NCBI GenBank assembly: GCA_963764625.1 | Contig: CAVXTH010000005.1 | Coordinates: forward strand, 453,532 to 517,531 | Direction: 5' to 3' | Length of the DNA: 64,000 nt | From: Candidatus Krumholzibacteriota bacterium | Lineage (GTDB): Bacteria; Krumholzibacteriota; Krumholzibacteriia; JAJRXK01 | Part shown: one piece after another, positions 48,603-57,644 of the stretch | How the letters are laid out: every line of letters starts with the position of its first letter | How positions within the stretch are numbered: position 1 is the first letter of the stretch | Translations under genes and position numbers: made by a program | Notes under the pieces: generated by a model | Seen by the model: the letters and a program-made list of their open reading frames with translations, nothing else | Databases searched by the model: none | Told to the model about the DNA's origin: nothing

Positions 48603-48831
48603 GTACGCTCCGCGAGTTCGCACTACACTCTCCTTTCCCCACGAATTGCAACTCCGCGAACCGCGGGGTATTGTAGTTGCGAAAGTCTCCCTAATGAGAT
48701 CTCTTGATCGTGGGCGTCCTCGATTCAATTTGCCTTACAGCTGAGGTGAAGGCTATATTTCGATGATCAGTTCGTCTGAGCCCAATTACCGAGAATAAAC
48801 AGCGCTGCCAATCGCACACTTGGAGGCCCAC

Positions 48832-49338
48832 ATGAAACAGAGAGTCTTGATTGTGGCCTTCGTATTGTTGGCGTCCGCCTCCATGGCCTTTGGCGTCGAT
48901 CTGAACTCCGAGCGCGTCGCGACAGCAGAAGAGTACTTCCGTGGCATCTATGGGGGTGATCCGGGTGTCGTGGACAAACTGGCGAGTGAGGACATCGTGG
49001 TCAGCTACCCCATCTTGCAGAGCGTGGTCGGAACTCCGGCGATTCGCGGACGCGATGCGGTGAAAGCGCTCGTGGCACGTTTTGGTAAGAAATGGACAGA
49101 TCCTCACTACGAATTCCACGAGACCGTCTGCGAGGGAAACCGAGTGGTTCTGCTCTGGAGTTTCCACGCACGGAGCCTTGCTGATACTCCACCGGGTCAG
49201 GCGAAATCCGACGATGACTATTCGTGGGGCGGCATCACCCTGATTCGTTTCGATGAGAGCGGTAAGATCAGCGCCGAAATCGGGGAAGAAAGCAATCCCG
49301 GACCTTTCGAGCGCGTGCACGCCGCGAAGGAGGATTGA
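48832..49338 (+). CDS. Exported SnoaL/NTF2-like protein
   Basis: GGAGG RBS, signal peptide; IRGRDAV, EGNRVV and FDESGKI motifs. Confidence 0.8.
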   Translation: MKQRVLIVAFVLLASASMAFGVDLNSERVATAEEYFRGIYGGDPGVVDKLASEDIVVSYPILQSVVGTPAIRGRDAVKALVARFGKKWTDPHYEFHETVCEGNRVVLLWSFHARSLADTPPGQAKSDDDYSWGGITLIRFDESGKISAEIGEESNPGPFERVHAAKED

Positions 49339-49569
49339 ACTCATGGTTCCGCGTTCGTCATTTGATGGTTGCTCCGCGATACTCGCGCCCAGCCCAGCAC
49401 TGCTGATCTCGGTTGCGATGGTGCGCCCGCATGGTCACTCGGCGGCACTCGGATCGGCGATCACCTCGTCTATGCCAGTTATGTTTGGTATCCGGGTCAA
49501 CCCTTCTACGAGGCGTCGGAAATTCTCGGAATCAGAATGAACAAGTAATTCAACCAAGTGAAGGAAGCG

Positions 49570-50088
49570 ATGCAATTGAAAACTCTCATCGTAATGACTG
49601 CACTTCTGGCGCTGGTCAGCGGCTGTGGAACCTCGCCAGACGCTCGAGTTCAGACCGACAAAAACCTGGTGCGGAGATTTACGGATCTCACGAACGCCGC
49701 GGATTGGGACGGACTGGCTGAGGTCATGGCGGAGAATTTCACGCGGCACAGCGCCGCAACGCCTGGCCCGTCGGTGACTTCTCGCGAGCAGTTCGTCGCG
49801 CTACAAAAGGGATTCCTGAGGACCTTTCCCGATCAGCGTGTGACGATTCAACAACTCGTGGCCGAGGGGAATCGCGTTGCGCTTCTGGCTACCTACTCGG
49901 GCACGCAGACGGGCCCTTTGGCGGAGTATCCGGCCACCGGCAAGCGGGTGGAAGCTCCGTTTCTCGGCATCTTCCGTATCGAGTCGGGCCGGATCGCCGA
50001 ACTCTGGGTAGAATGGGACAATCTCGCCATGCTTACACAGCTCGGGCTGTTTCCACCGCCCGCGCCGGCGTCTTCCGACTCGCAGTGA
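49570..50088 (+). CDS. SnoaL-like ester cyclase lipoprotein
   Basis: VSG-C lipobox; FPD, AEGNRV, GTQTG, PATGKRV and GRIAE.W..WD. Confidence 0.85.
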   Translation: MQLKTLIVMTALLALVSGCGTSPDARVQTDKNLVRRFTDLTNAADWDGLAEVMAENFTRHSAATPGPSVTSREQFVALQKGFLRTFPDQRVTIQQLVAEGNRVALLATYSGTQTGPLAEYPATGKRVEAPFLGIFRIESGRIAELWVEWDNLAMLTQLGLFPPPAPASSDSQ

Positions 50089-50197
50089 GACGAACTCCTG
50101 CCCGATGGGAACAGCGACAGAGCTGGCTTCAAGTTCGGTGTCGAATTCTCCGAGGCCCCCGGTCAGGCCGGGGATCGAGAAAGGAGCACGAATCATC

Positions 50198-50466
50198 ATG
50201 CAGAAGGGCCCGTTTGTCAGAGCTGCGCCATGCCGTTGGAGCAGCCGGAGATCTTCGGCACCAATGCGGATGGCTCGCAGTCACAGAACTACTGCATCTA
50301 TTGCTACCAGAACGGGGAGTTCAACCATAAGAAGATCACGATGCAGGGAATGATCGACAAGTGCGTGGACATCATAAACCAACAGAAGGTCATGCCCGAG
50401 CAAGAGGCGCGCACGTTCATGAGCGAGGCCGTTCCGACTCTCAAGCGATGGAGAGCAGAGAACTGA
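50198..50466 (+). CDS. Putative zinc-ribbon domain protein, frameshifted near the start
   Basis: MQKGPF followed, after a 1-nt shift, by CQSCAMP...GTNADGS...YCIYCY..G.F...PTLKRW. One T appears to be missing in TTT(T)GT. Confidence 0.75.
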
Positions 50467-50496
50467 GGCGGCGCTCTCGTCACTGTGAGAACGACA

Positions 50497-50530
50497 GCCG
50501 GAGCTCGAGGGGATTCCGGCGGGTTTTTTT
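50497..50530 (+). terminator. Rho-independent terminator
   Basis: GCCGGA...TCCGGC stem followed by GGGTTTTTTT. Confidence 0.6.
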
Positions 50531-50770
50531 CGTTTTTCGTTAGTACCAAACATAAGATTGTACTATATTGAGACTGCCTCCCCGGAAAATCTGTCGTTTC
50601 GCGTCCTCCTGCGCGGTGGTCTAGGTGTGGGAAGTCGAGGCAGAGGTCTATTATGGCCATTGCAGCCCTCAGCCTGGCGGAGTGTGGCATCGGAGCTGAA
50701 TCCGTGGAAAACCGTCTCCAACTCCGCCATGGGCGAAACTATGGAGTACATCTGGTTCGTCCCTGTTCGG

Positions 50771-50891
50771 ACTTTGCTGGGTGCCCCGGTCAACTCCGAA
50801 CGTCGAGACACTTTGCCGAGTGCCCCGGCCAACTCCGAACGTCGAGACACTTTGCTGGGTGCCCCGGCCAACTCCGAACGTCGAGACACTT
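50771..50891. repeat. Tandem repeat, 3 x 39 bp
   Basis: ACTTTGCYGRGTGCCCCGGYCAACTCCGAACGTCGAGAC starts at 50771, 50810 and 50849. Confidence 0.95.
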
Positions 50892-51142
50892 CCCGAAAAG
50901 GGGTGACCATCTGTTGAAGTGACCAAACGCGGCAGGGGCTGCGCCGCCTCCAAGCTGTCCGGCTCTCCGGGCAGTGGGCAGCGAGCTGTTACCGATGGAA
51001 GCGGGACCTCACCGGGAAACTGGGAATTCGCGGAGGTTTCTCGCCCTGCACGTCTGGCATGAAGCATGCGCTGAGGTGGTCGCATGCGCGCCGGAAGTCC
51101 TCTCATCGTGACGCTCGCTTTCCGGAAGTTCGGAGATCAGCC

Positions 51143-52057
51143 ATGGATCAGTGGCTCGAACTGCCTGCGGATCCTCGCCGCAAAGGTCAACCCCATCGCC
51201 TCGAGCAGTCCCATTGCGCCACGCGGCTGGCGGCGGTAGTGCTCACCTTGCTCTACCTCCTTGCCCCCCTCGTGAGTGGATGTGGCAGACGAACACCTGA
51301 AGAACTCATGGGCCCTGGTGACGAGTCTTCGCCGCGGGCCGTTCCGCTCTCGCTCGTCCCCGGGGCGGGGCGAATGCACAACCTCATCGTAAAGAAGACC
51401 CTGGCGGCGCTTCCGGCGCTCCAAACTCTCTCCGATGGGAAGGTTCCGACCGCGCAAATCCGTGAGGCCCTTCGCGCAGCAACTCGCCAGACCTTCGCGA
51501 AGGAGCCAGCCGGTTCGAGCGTGGCAGGGATCGACGCCCAACTCGAGAAGCGACTCGACGAGCTCCTCGACGACGCACATCTGGATCTACTCGAGCGCAG
51601 GTTCCGCTCGTTGAAGACTCTGCTCATCCGAGCCGAGGTCCCTCGAGTGAGCGAGCTGGAAGCGCTCTTCGCGAGCTGGGGAGTCGACCCCGCAGAGGCG
51701 CGCCAGGCAGCGCTTTTCGCGCAGCTTGCGTTGAGCTACGAGGCGAACTCGGAGACGGGCGACGCGGTTCCGGCGACAACAGACCCTGAAGCCACGAGTT
51801 CGGACGCCGCATCGAAACTGCGCGAACTGGCCACAAGCTCCCCTACGCTGGGCATGGTCTACGATCTCTACCGCTCCAGCGCCAGCCTTTGGCAGGGCGT
51901 TTCCGCCCAATCCTCTTTCAAGGAGGAAAAGCTGGAATTGACGCTGACCATCGTCATGGATGCCGAGGGCGGCCTGGGGGGCCTTCTCTTCGGTCCGATC
52001 GGAGCCATCCTGGGTTCCGCCGTCTACAGCATTCTCTGGGTGGCCACGGCGCCCTGA
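51143..52057 (+). CDS. Hypothetical lipoprotein with a C-terminal glycine-rich hydrophobic hairpin
   Basis: VSG-C lipobox, GRMHN motif, helical body, ending DAEGGLGGLLFGPIGAILGSAVYSILWV. Start uncertain. Confidence 0.65.
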   Translation: MDQWLELPADPRRKGQPHRLEQSHCATRLAAVVLTLLYLLAPLVSGCGRRTPEELMGPGDESSPRAVPLSLVPGAGRMHNLIVKKTLAALPALQTLSDGKVPTAQIREALRAATRQTFAKEPAGSSVAGIDAQLEKRLDELLDDAHLDLLERRFRSLKTLLIRAEVPRVSELEALFASWGVDPAEARQAALFAQLALSYEANSETGDAVPATTDPEATSSDAASKLRELATSSPTLGMVYDLYRSSASLWQGVSAQSSFKEEKLELTLTIVMDAEGGLGGLLFGPIGAILGSAVYSILWVATAP

Positions 52058-52144
52058 ACCGCGGGGATCGCCAGTCCTCGATCCGCGCGTCACCACACAC
52101 ACCGCTCTGCAATGCCCTCCCACTCGAAAGTCAGGAGCCAACTC

Positions 52145-52399
52145 ATGGAACTACTACCCATCGTTCTCGGAGCGAACGCATTCAACCTCGTCCTCGCCCT
52201 CATCCTGCGAAGGTGGCAACCGAGCCTCTACTGCCGCTCGCTGGGACTCGCTCTGACCCTCGTCACGCTGCCCCTCGCCTTCGCGGTCTTCTCCTCGCTG
52301 AGTTGGCGAATGACACTTCCCATGGTGACGCTTGGAGTCCTGCTCTGGATCTACGATCCCCTGAGAAGCGTGCACCCACACTTTGGGCAATTACGTTGA
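52145..52399 (+). CDS. Small 3-TM membrane protein
   Basis: AGGAG RBS, 84 aa, three hydrophobic segments. Confidence 0.6.
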   Translation: MELLPIVLGANAFNLVLALILRRWQPSLYCRSLGLALTLVTLPLAFAVFSSLSWRMTLPMVTLGVLLWIYDPLRSVHPHFGQLR

Positions 52400-52403
52400 T
52401 CGA

Positions 52404-53027
52404 CTACTCGGATCCGAAACGGCTCTTGAGCATGCCCCAGTTCGCGTCGCCAGTCGCCACGCGGCCGTCCAACCAAACACACGGAGCTTCCTCCAGAGTG
52501 AGGATCTTCTGCACCCCGGGTTCGTCGCAACTCTCGTAGTACAACTCGGAAGGGGCGGAACCAGCAATGGTTGGACACTTGAAACCCTGCAGGCAGAGGA
52601 CCGAATCGCCCCCAAAATACTGCAGCGTGAAGCGTATGAGTGGCACGGTCTCCCCCGCAGCGCTCGGACAACTCGAGGGAATGGTTGCTACCGCTCGCGA
52701 GCAATCGTCCGCAAATTCCTGCTTGGAAAATGCGCTACCGGCAGGAATCTCGTGTCTCAAGACGAGAGGAGCCACGGAACTGGTGAAGTCCAGATCGACG
52801 AGATGGTAGGACGCGATCCCACCCTCGGGAACCCGCGCCACGAGATAGACATCGAAGGAGCTGGCAGGAGAGATGACCTTCGAATGGATAGTGCCCGCGG
52901 CATCGAAGTAGAGCCCGACATCGCCCGCCACAGTCGAACTCTTGCTCGCTGACCAAGCAGGGTTCGCGGCCAAAAGAACTGCCAAACCAACAAGACAAAG
53001 CCCTACGAGAGACTGAAGGGCGCGCAT
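52404..53027 (-). CDS. Secreted Cys-containing protein with a C-terminal WGxLK tail
   Basis: GGAGG RBS, signal peptide, GLYFDAAG motif, 6 Cys in the mature part, ending VATGDANWGMLKSRFGSE. Confidence 0.75.
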   Translation of the reverse strand: MRALQSLVGLCLVGLAVLLAANPAWSASKSSTVAGDVGLYFDAAGTIHSKVISPASSFDVYLVARVPEGGIASYHLVDLDFTSSVAPLVLRHEIPAGSAFSKQEFADDCSRAVATIPSSCPSAAGETVPLIRFTLQYFGGDSVLCLQGFKCPTIAGSAPSELYYESCDEPGVQKILTLEEAPCVWLDGRVATGDANWGMLKSRFGSE

Positions 53028-53272
53028 GACAATCACCTCCGGCTTGGTTCCACCCCAGTAGGGTACCACCCACCCCGCCGGCCTCACAAGCCCCCGGCCC
53101 CAAACACCGTCGTGCACCTTTAACTCCCCCGAGCGCGTTTCGTCTCGCCGCCCGCCCCCGCCCTGTTCGCTTCTCACCCGCCGGGTGTATGACCCAAAGA
53201 CAGCAAACTCCCCCCAGAATGCGCACTTGGGCTATTATGGTATCGATTCCCCGTCTCTTGTGGCTCAGGTCC

Positions 53273-53857
53273 ATGCCCAGACACGAGCGCGCGCCCGACA
53301 GTCCCACACCCACCCTACTGCTGCTGCGCGGCGCTCGCGACGGAGATCCGCGCGCACTCGACGAACTCTACCGGCGCTACCTCCCGCGTCTCAACCGCTG
53401 GGCAAGAGGTCGTCTCCCCAGCTACGCCCGCGCCGGCCTCGATACCCAGGACCTGGTCCAGGACGCGCTCGTGGGAACCCTGCGGCGCCTGGATCATCTC
53501 GACCCACAACGCCCCGGCTGCTTTCAGGCCTACACGCGCCAAGCCATTCTCAATGCCATTCGCAACCACATTCGTGGAGCCCGACCGCGCGCCCGCGCCA
53601 GCGTCGTGCTCGATCGCGAGCCAGACCGTGCCCCCAGTCCTCTCGAACAACTCATCGGCCGCAACGCGGTGGAACGCTACGAGCGTGCCCTGGCGCGGCT
53701 CGAACCCGAGGAGCAGGAGCTGGTGGTGGCACGCATCGAATTTCACTGTCCCTTCGCGGAGATTGCCGAGCAACTGGGGAAACCCAGCGCCGATGCTGCG
53801 CGCATGGGATTTCGCCGCGCCCTCTTGAAACTCGCCGAGGAGATGGGTGATGTCTGA
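53273..53857 (+). CDS. ECF sigma factor (kinase-associated type)
   Basis: ARDGD..ALDELY.RY.PRL..WARGRL, DTQDLVQD and region 4 FAEIAEQLG..SADAARM...RA. Confidence 0.9.
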   Translation: MPRHERAPDSPTPTLLLLRGARDGDPRALDELYRRYLPRLNRWARGRLPSYARAGLDTQDLVQDALVGTLRRLDHLDPQRPGCFQAYTRQAILNAIRNHIRGARPRARASVVLDREPDRAPSPLEQLIGRNAVERYERALARLEPEEQELVVARIEFHCPFAEIAEQLGKPSADAARMGFRRALLKLAEEMGDV

Positions 53858-54899
53858 CTTCAACTTTGACCTGGATCTCCTCGCCGACAAGATCGGAGAC
53901 CTCGCACCCATCGATTGGGAACAGGCGGCGCGGGAGAGCAAACTGCAGCCGGGCACCTCGCTGAGCGAAAACCTGCGGGTGCTCGCCCGCATTGCGAGCT
54001 TCGAGACCGATGAACTCGACGCGAGCACCGGACCCCGTGCCTGGGGACCCTTCGAACTCCTCGAACTCGTGACGGTGGACGAGGAAGGTGAGCGCTGGGC
54101 TGCTCGCGGCGAATCACACCAGGAACTCGAAATCCTCTGGCCTCCTTCCCATCATCACGATCCCCATCACGCGCGGGTGGAACTGCTTGCCGCCGCACGT
54201 GCTCTCATAGACCTTCGTCACCCGAATCTGGTCGAGATCCTGGGGGCCGATGCCTTCGACGGCCGTCTCGGCGTCTGGATGCGCTCGGCGAACGGCCGCA
54301 CCCTCGAGAGCCTCTCCCGAAACCAGGGGAGGTTGTCGCCACGCGCGTGGATTCGTCTGGGTCACGAACTCTGCGACGCAGTCGAGGCCATCCACGGTCG
54401 GGGACGCTTCCTGTGTGCGCTTCCTCCTTCAGGAGTTGTCATCGACGAGAAGGGCCACGCACGTATCCGGCGCCTCCCGCACCTGCGTTCGGCCAGCAAT
54501 CTACGTCCGGGCGAAACCCTGCCCGCCCTCGGCAGCTATCACTTCGCCGCGCCCGAACTCCTCACCGGCGCTGCGCCCACCCGGGCGTCCGATGTCTTCA
54601 CCCTCGCTGCGCTCTTGAGCTGGGTGATGGAGGAGGATCCCGATCTGGCGTCGCTCGTCACGCTCGAGAAACTCCGCGAGCATCGAAACCGCGCGCCGCG
54701 CTTCGCCCTCCTGCCACGAGAACCCGCCGAGCTGCTGCGTGCGTGTCTGCAACGCGAACCCGGCCGGCGGCCTCCGACCCCTACGGACTTGAGGGAACTC
54801 TGGGAAAGCGCCACAATGAACCTGGTCCCGAGTGATTGGCCAAGCAAGCCAAGGCAAAGTCCGTGGCGCGAACTCTGGCGCCGCCTCACCTCATCCTGA
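53850..54899 (+). CDS. Catalytically degenerate Ser/Thr kinase-like protein (pseudokinase)
   Basis: WGPFELLE, LRHPNLV, APE, SDVF and LL.ACL...P..RP are retained. The Gly loop, VAIK, HRD and DFG motifs are all lost. Confidence 0.8.
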   Translation: MSDFNFDLDLLADKIGDLAPIDWEQAARESKLQPGTSLSENLRVLARIASFETDELDASTGPRAWGPFELLELVTVDEEGERWAARGESHQELEILWPPSHHHDPHHARVELLAAARALIDLRHPNLVEILGADAFDGRLGVWMRSANGRTLESLSRNQGRLSPRAWIRLGHELCDAVEAIHGRGRFLCALPPSGVVIDEKGHARIRRLPHLRSASNLRPGETLPALGSYHFAAPELLTGAAPTRASDVFTLAALLSWVMEEDPDLASLVTLEKLREHRNRAPRFALLPREPAELLRACLQREPGRRPPTPTDLRELWESATMNLVPSDWPSKPRQSPWRELWRRLTSS

Positions 54900-54914
54900 G
54901 GAGCGCTCCACGAC

Positions 54915-57527
54915 ATGATCGGATCTCGAGTGGGTCCCTACCGGCTCATGGAACTTCTCGGTGAGGGTGGGATGGGCGAGGTCTACCTGGCCGAACAAGT
55001 CGAGCCGGTTCGTCGCTTCGTGGCGCTCAAGATCATCAAATTGGGAATGGATTCGAAGCAGGTGATCGGCCGCTTCGAAACCGAGCGCCAGACTCTGGCC
55101 ATGATGGAACATCCCAACATCGCCACCGTGCTCGACACCGGATTGTCTCCCGAGGGTCGTCCCTACTTCGCCATGGAATACGTCAAGGGAGTGCCGGTCA
55201 CCGAATACTGCGACCGGCACCGCCTTCCCATGAAGGAGAGACTCATCATATTTCTGGCCATCTGCGAAGCAGTGCAGCACGCCCACCAGAAGGGGATCAT
55301 TCACCGCGACATCAAGCCCAGTAACGTGCTCGTCACCATCATCGACAATCGTCCCGTACCCAAAGTAATCGATTTCGGAGTTGCCAAGGCAACCGCGCGC
55401 GAGTTGACGATGCGCACCCTGTTTACCGAACACGGCCAGCTGGTGGGCACCCCCGAGTACATGAGTCCCGAGCAAGCGGAGATGACCGACCGCAGCGTCG
55501 ACACGCGCACCGACATCTACTCCCTCGGCGTTTTGCTCTACGAACTCATTGTAGGAACTTTGCCTTTCGACTCGCGTACTCTGCGCGAGGCCGGACTCTC
55601 AGAGATTCAACGCATTCTCCGCGAAGTCGATCCCCCACGCCCTAGCACGCGCTTGAGTACGCTGGATGCCCCGAGGACCAGCGAGCTGGCCCGCGACCGC
55701 GCCACCGTTCTGCCGCAATTGCGCCGCCAGATCGAAGGCGATCTCGACTGGATCACCATGCGCGCGATGGAGAAGGATCGGATCCGGCGCTACGCCTCCG
55801 CCTCCGAGCTGGCCGAGGACATTCGCCGCCACCTGCGCGACGAACCCGTTCTCGCCTCTCCCCCGGGCCGCCGCTACCGTATCGGCAAGTTCATGCGCCG
55901 TCACCGTACCGGAGTGGTGGCGAGCGCGCTCGTCACTCTGGCCCTGTTGGCCGGCATCGCCGGCACCGCATGGCAGGCCATTCGCGCGCGTCACGCCGAA
56001 GACCAGGCGCGCGCCAGCGAACACAGCGCCCTCGAGGTGAATCGCTTTCTGCTCGAGACCCTCCGCCAGGCCGATCCCAACGAGAACCCGCGCGACCACG
56101 AGATGCTCGTGAGCGAAGCCCTAGACCGCGCCAGTCAAAACCTCCAACACGCCTATGGAGAACAACCGCGCATCGAGGCGGCGGTGCGTCTGGCGGTGGG
56201 AACCAGCTACCGCCACCTTGCTCGCTATGAGGAATCCGAGGAGCATCTGCGCCGCGCCCTCGAGCTGTATGCGAAGCTAGGGAATGAACTCCCTGCGACC
56301 CTTCGGGCCCGTCAGGCTCTGGGAAACACGCTGCGTGACGAAGGCAAGGTCGAGGAGTCCCGCGCTCTTTTCGAGCAATGCCTGGCGGATCTTCACCGCG
56401 AACGAAGTGCCGATCCCGGCTTGTTGATGACCACCTATCAGGGATTGGCGAACGCGGCCTATAGCGACAAGGACCTCGCCCTGGCCGACTCCCTCTACCA
56501 ACTGGCTCTGGCGATCAAGGGACTGAAGGATCCCGAGGACCTCATTGCTTTGCTTTCGGTACGCAACGACTACGGAACTCTTCTCGTCCACCAGGGGCGG
56601 TGGAAAGAGGGACGCGTACTCTACGAGCGCCTGTTAAAGGACATGCAAGCGAGGCAGAAGGAGGATCACCCCTGGCAGGCCGTGGCCATGGATCGCCTGG
56701 CCGAGTGCTACCACAAGATGGGCGACCTCGAGGAAGCCGAGCGCATACAACGGGAGGCGCTCGCGATGGATCAGCGAGTGTACGGTGAGGGAAGCCCGCA
56801 GCTCTCGATCCGACTGGGAAATCTAGGACTCATCCTCAAGGATCGAGGAAAGTACGAAGAAGCAAATGAGGTGCTTCGCCAGGCGGTGGACGCTTCCATC
56901 GCCTCCTACGGCATGAACCACGAAAACACGGCCCTTTCGATCAACAATCTGGGAGCCCTCGAACAAGAGCTGGGCGATCTGGACTCGGCCGTCGAGTCCT
57001 ATGAGAAAGTGCGTACGATCGAGCACTCGCTGTACGGTGATGATCCCGCTCGTCTCGCCACCGTGAACAACAACCTGGGTGCGGTCTATCGAGAGAAGAA
57101 AGACTACCGGCGGGCGCTGCAGAGCTTTGGGGCCGCGCGCGTGGGATTCGTAAGCCTGTACGGCGAACGCGACGCCCGCGTGGCGATCGTCGAGCACAAC
57201 ATGGGACGCACTCAGATGGACGCGAGGAACTACGCGGCGGCGGAAACGGCCTACCGGACCGCCATCGCCAAGCTGGAAGCCCTGGTTCCCGACGACCATC
57301 CGAACCTGGCGGTGATGCGTGGCAACCTGGGGGAAAACCTACGCCGCTCCGCGCGATTCGAAGAGGCCGAGAGAGACCTTCTCGCCTCCTACGCAATTCT
57401 CGAAGCCAAGCTGGGCGCCGGGCACAAGCGCAGCCACTTCGTGGCGGACTGTCTGGCCCAACTCTACGAGCAACTCCGGCGACCGGATGACGCCGCACAC
57501 TGGCACGAGCTAGCCACCAGTCCGTAG
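54915..57527 (+). CDS. Membrane Ser/Thr protein kinase with extracytoplasmic TPR repeats
   Basis: [23 protein letters not shown] and [10 protein letters not shown], followed by a TM helix and many NNLG-type TPRs. Confidence 0.95.
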   Translation: MIGSRVGPYRLMELLGEGGMGEVYLAEQVEPVRRFVALKIIKLGMDSKQVIGRFETERQTLAMMEHPNIATVLDTGLSPEGRPYFAMEYVKGVPVTEYCDRHRLPMKERLIIFLAICEAVQHAHQKGIIHRDIKPSNVLVTIIDNRPVPKVIDFGVAKATARELTMRTLFTEHGQLVGTPEYMSPEQAEMTDRSVDTRTDIYSLGVLLYELIVGTLPFDSRTLREAGLSEIQRILREVDPPRPSTRLSTLDAPRTSELARDRATVLPQLRRQIEGDLDWITMRAMEKDRIRRYASASELAEDIRRHLRDEPVLASPPGRRYRIGKFMRRHRTGVVASALVTLALLAGIAGTAWQAIRARHAEDQARASEHSALEVNRFLLETLRQADPNENPRDHEMLVSEALDRASQNLQHAYGEQPRIEAAVRLAVGTSYRHLARYEESEEHLRRALELYAKLGNELPATLRARQALGNTLRDEGKVEESRALFEQCLADLHRERSADPGLLMTTYQGLANAAYSDKDLALADSLYQLALAIKGLKDPEDLIALLSVRNDYGTLLVHQGRWKEGRVLYERLLKDMQARQKEDHPWQAVAMDRLAECYHKMGDLEEAERIQREALAMDQRVYGEGSPQLSIRLGNLGLILKDRGKYEEANEVLRQAVDASIASYGMNHENTALSINNLGALEQELGDLDSAVESYEKVRTIEHSLYGDDPARLATVNNNLGAVYREKKDYRRALQSFGAARVGFVSLYGERDARVAIVEHNMGRTQMDARNYAAAETAYRTAIAKLEALVPDDHPNLAVMRGNLGENLRRSARFEEAERDLLASYAILEAKLGAGHKRSHFVADCLAQLYEQLRRPDDAAHWHELATSP

Positions 57528-57644
57528 AGGGGCGCCGGCCGATCACGAAGCTCCCTTGCCACCGGGTAGCCGCCTCACACCGCCGAACCGCGGACCCGAC
57601 CGCGCGGCGACCCGCAGCCCTAGACAAAATGGAGCGGCTTCATA

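Noticed and set aside
39376-50530. Integron cassette array
   Set aside because: No intI gene, and I could not find recurring RYYYAAC...GTTRRRY attC sites between the genes.
50771-50891. CRISPR array
   Set aside because: The repeats are contiguous with no unique spacers, and there are no cas genes in the window.
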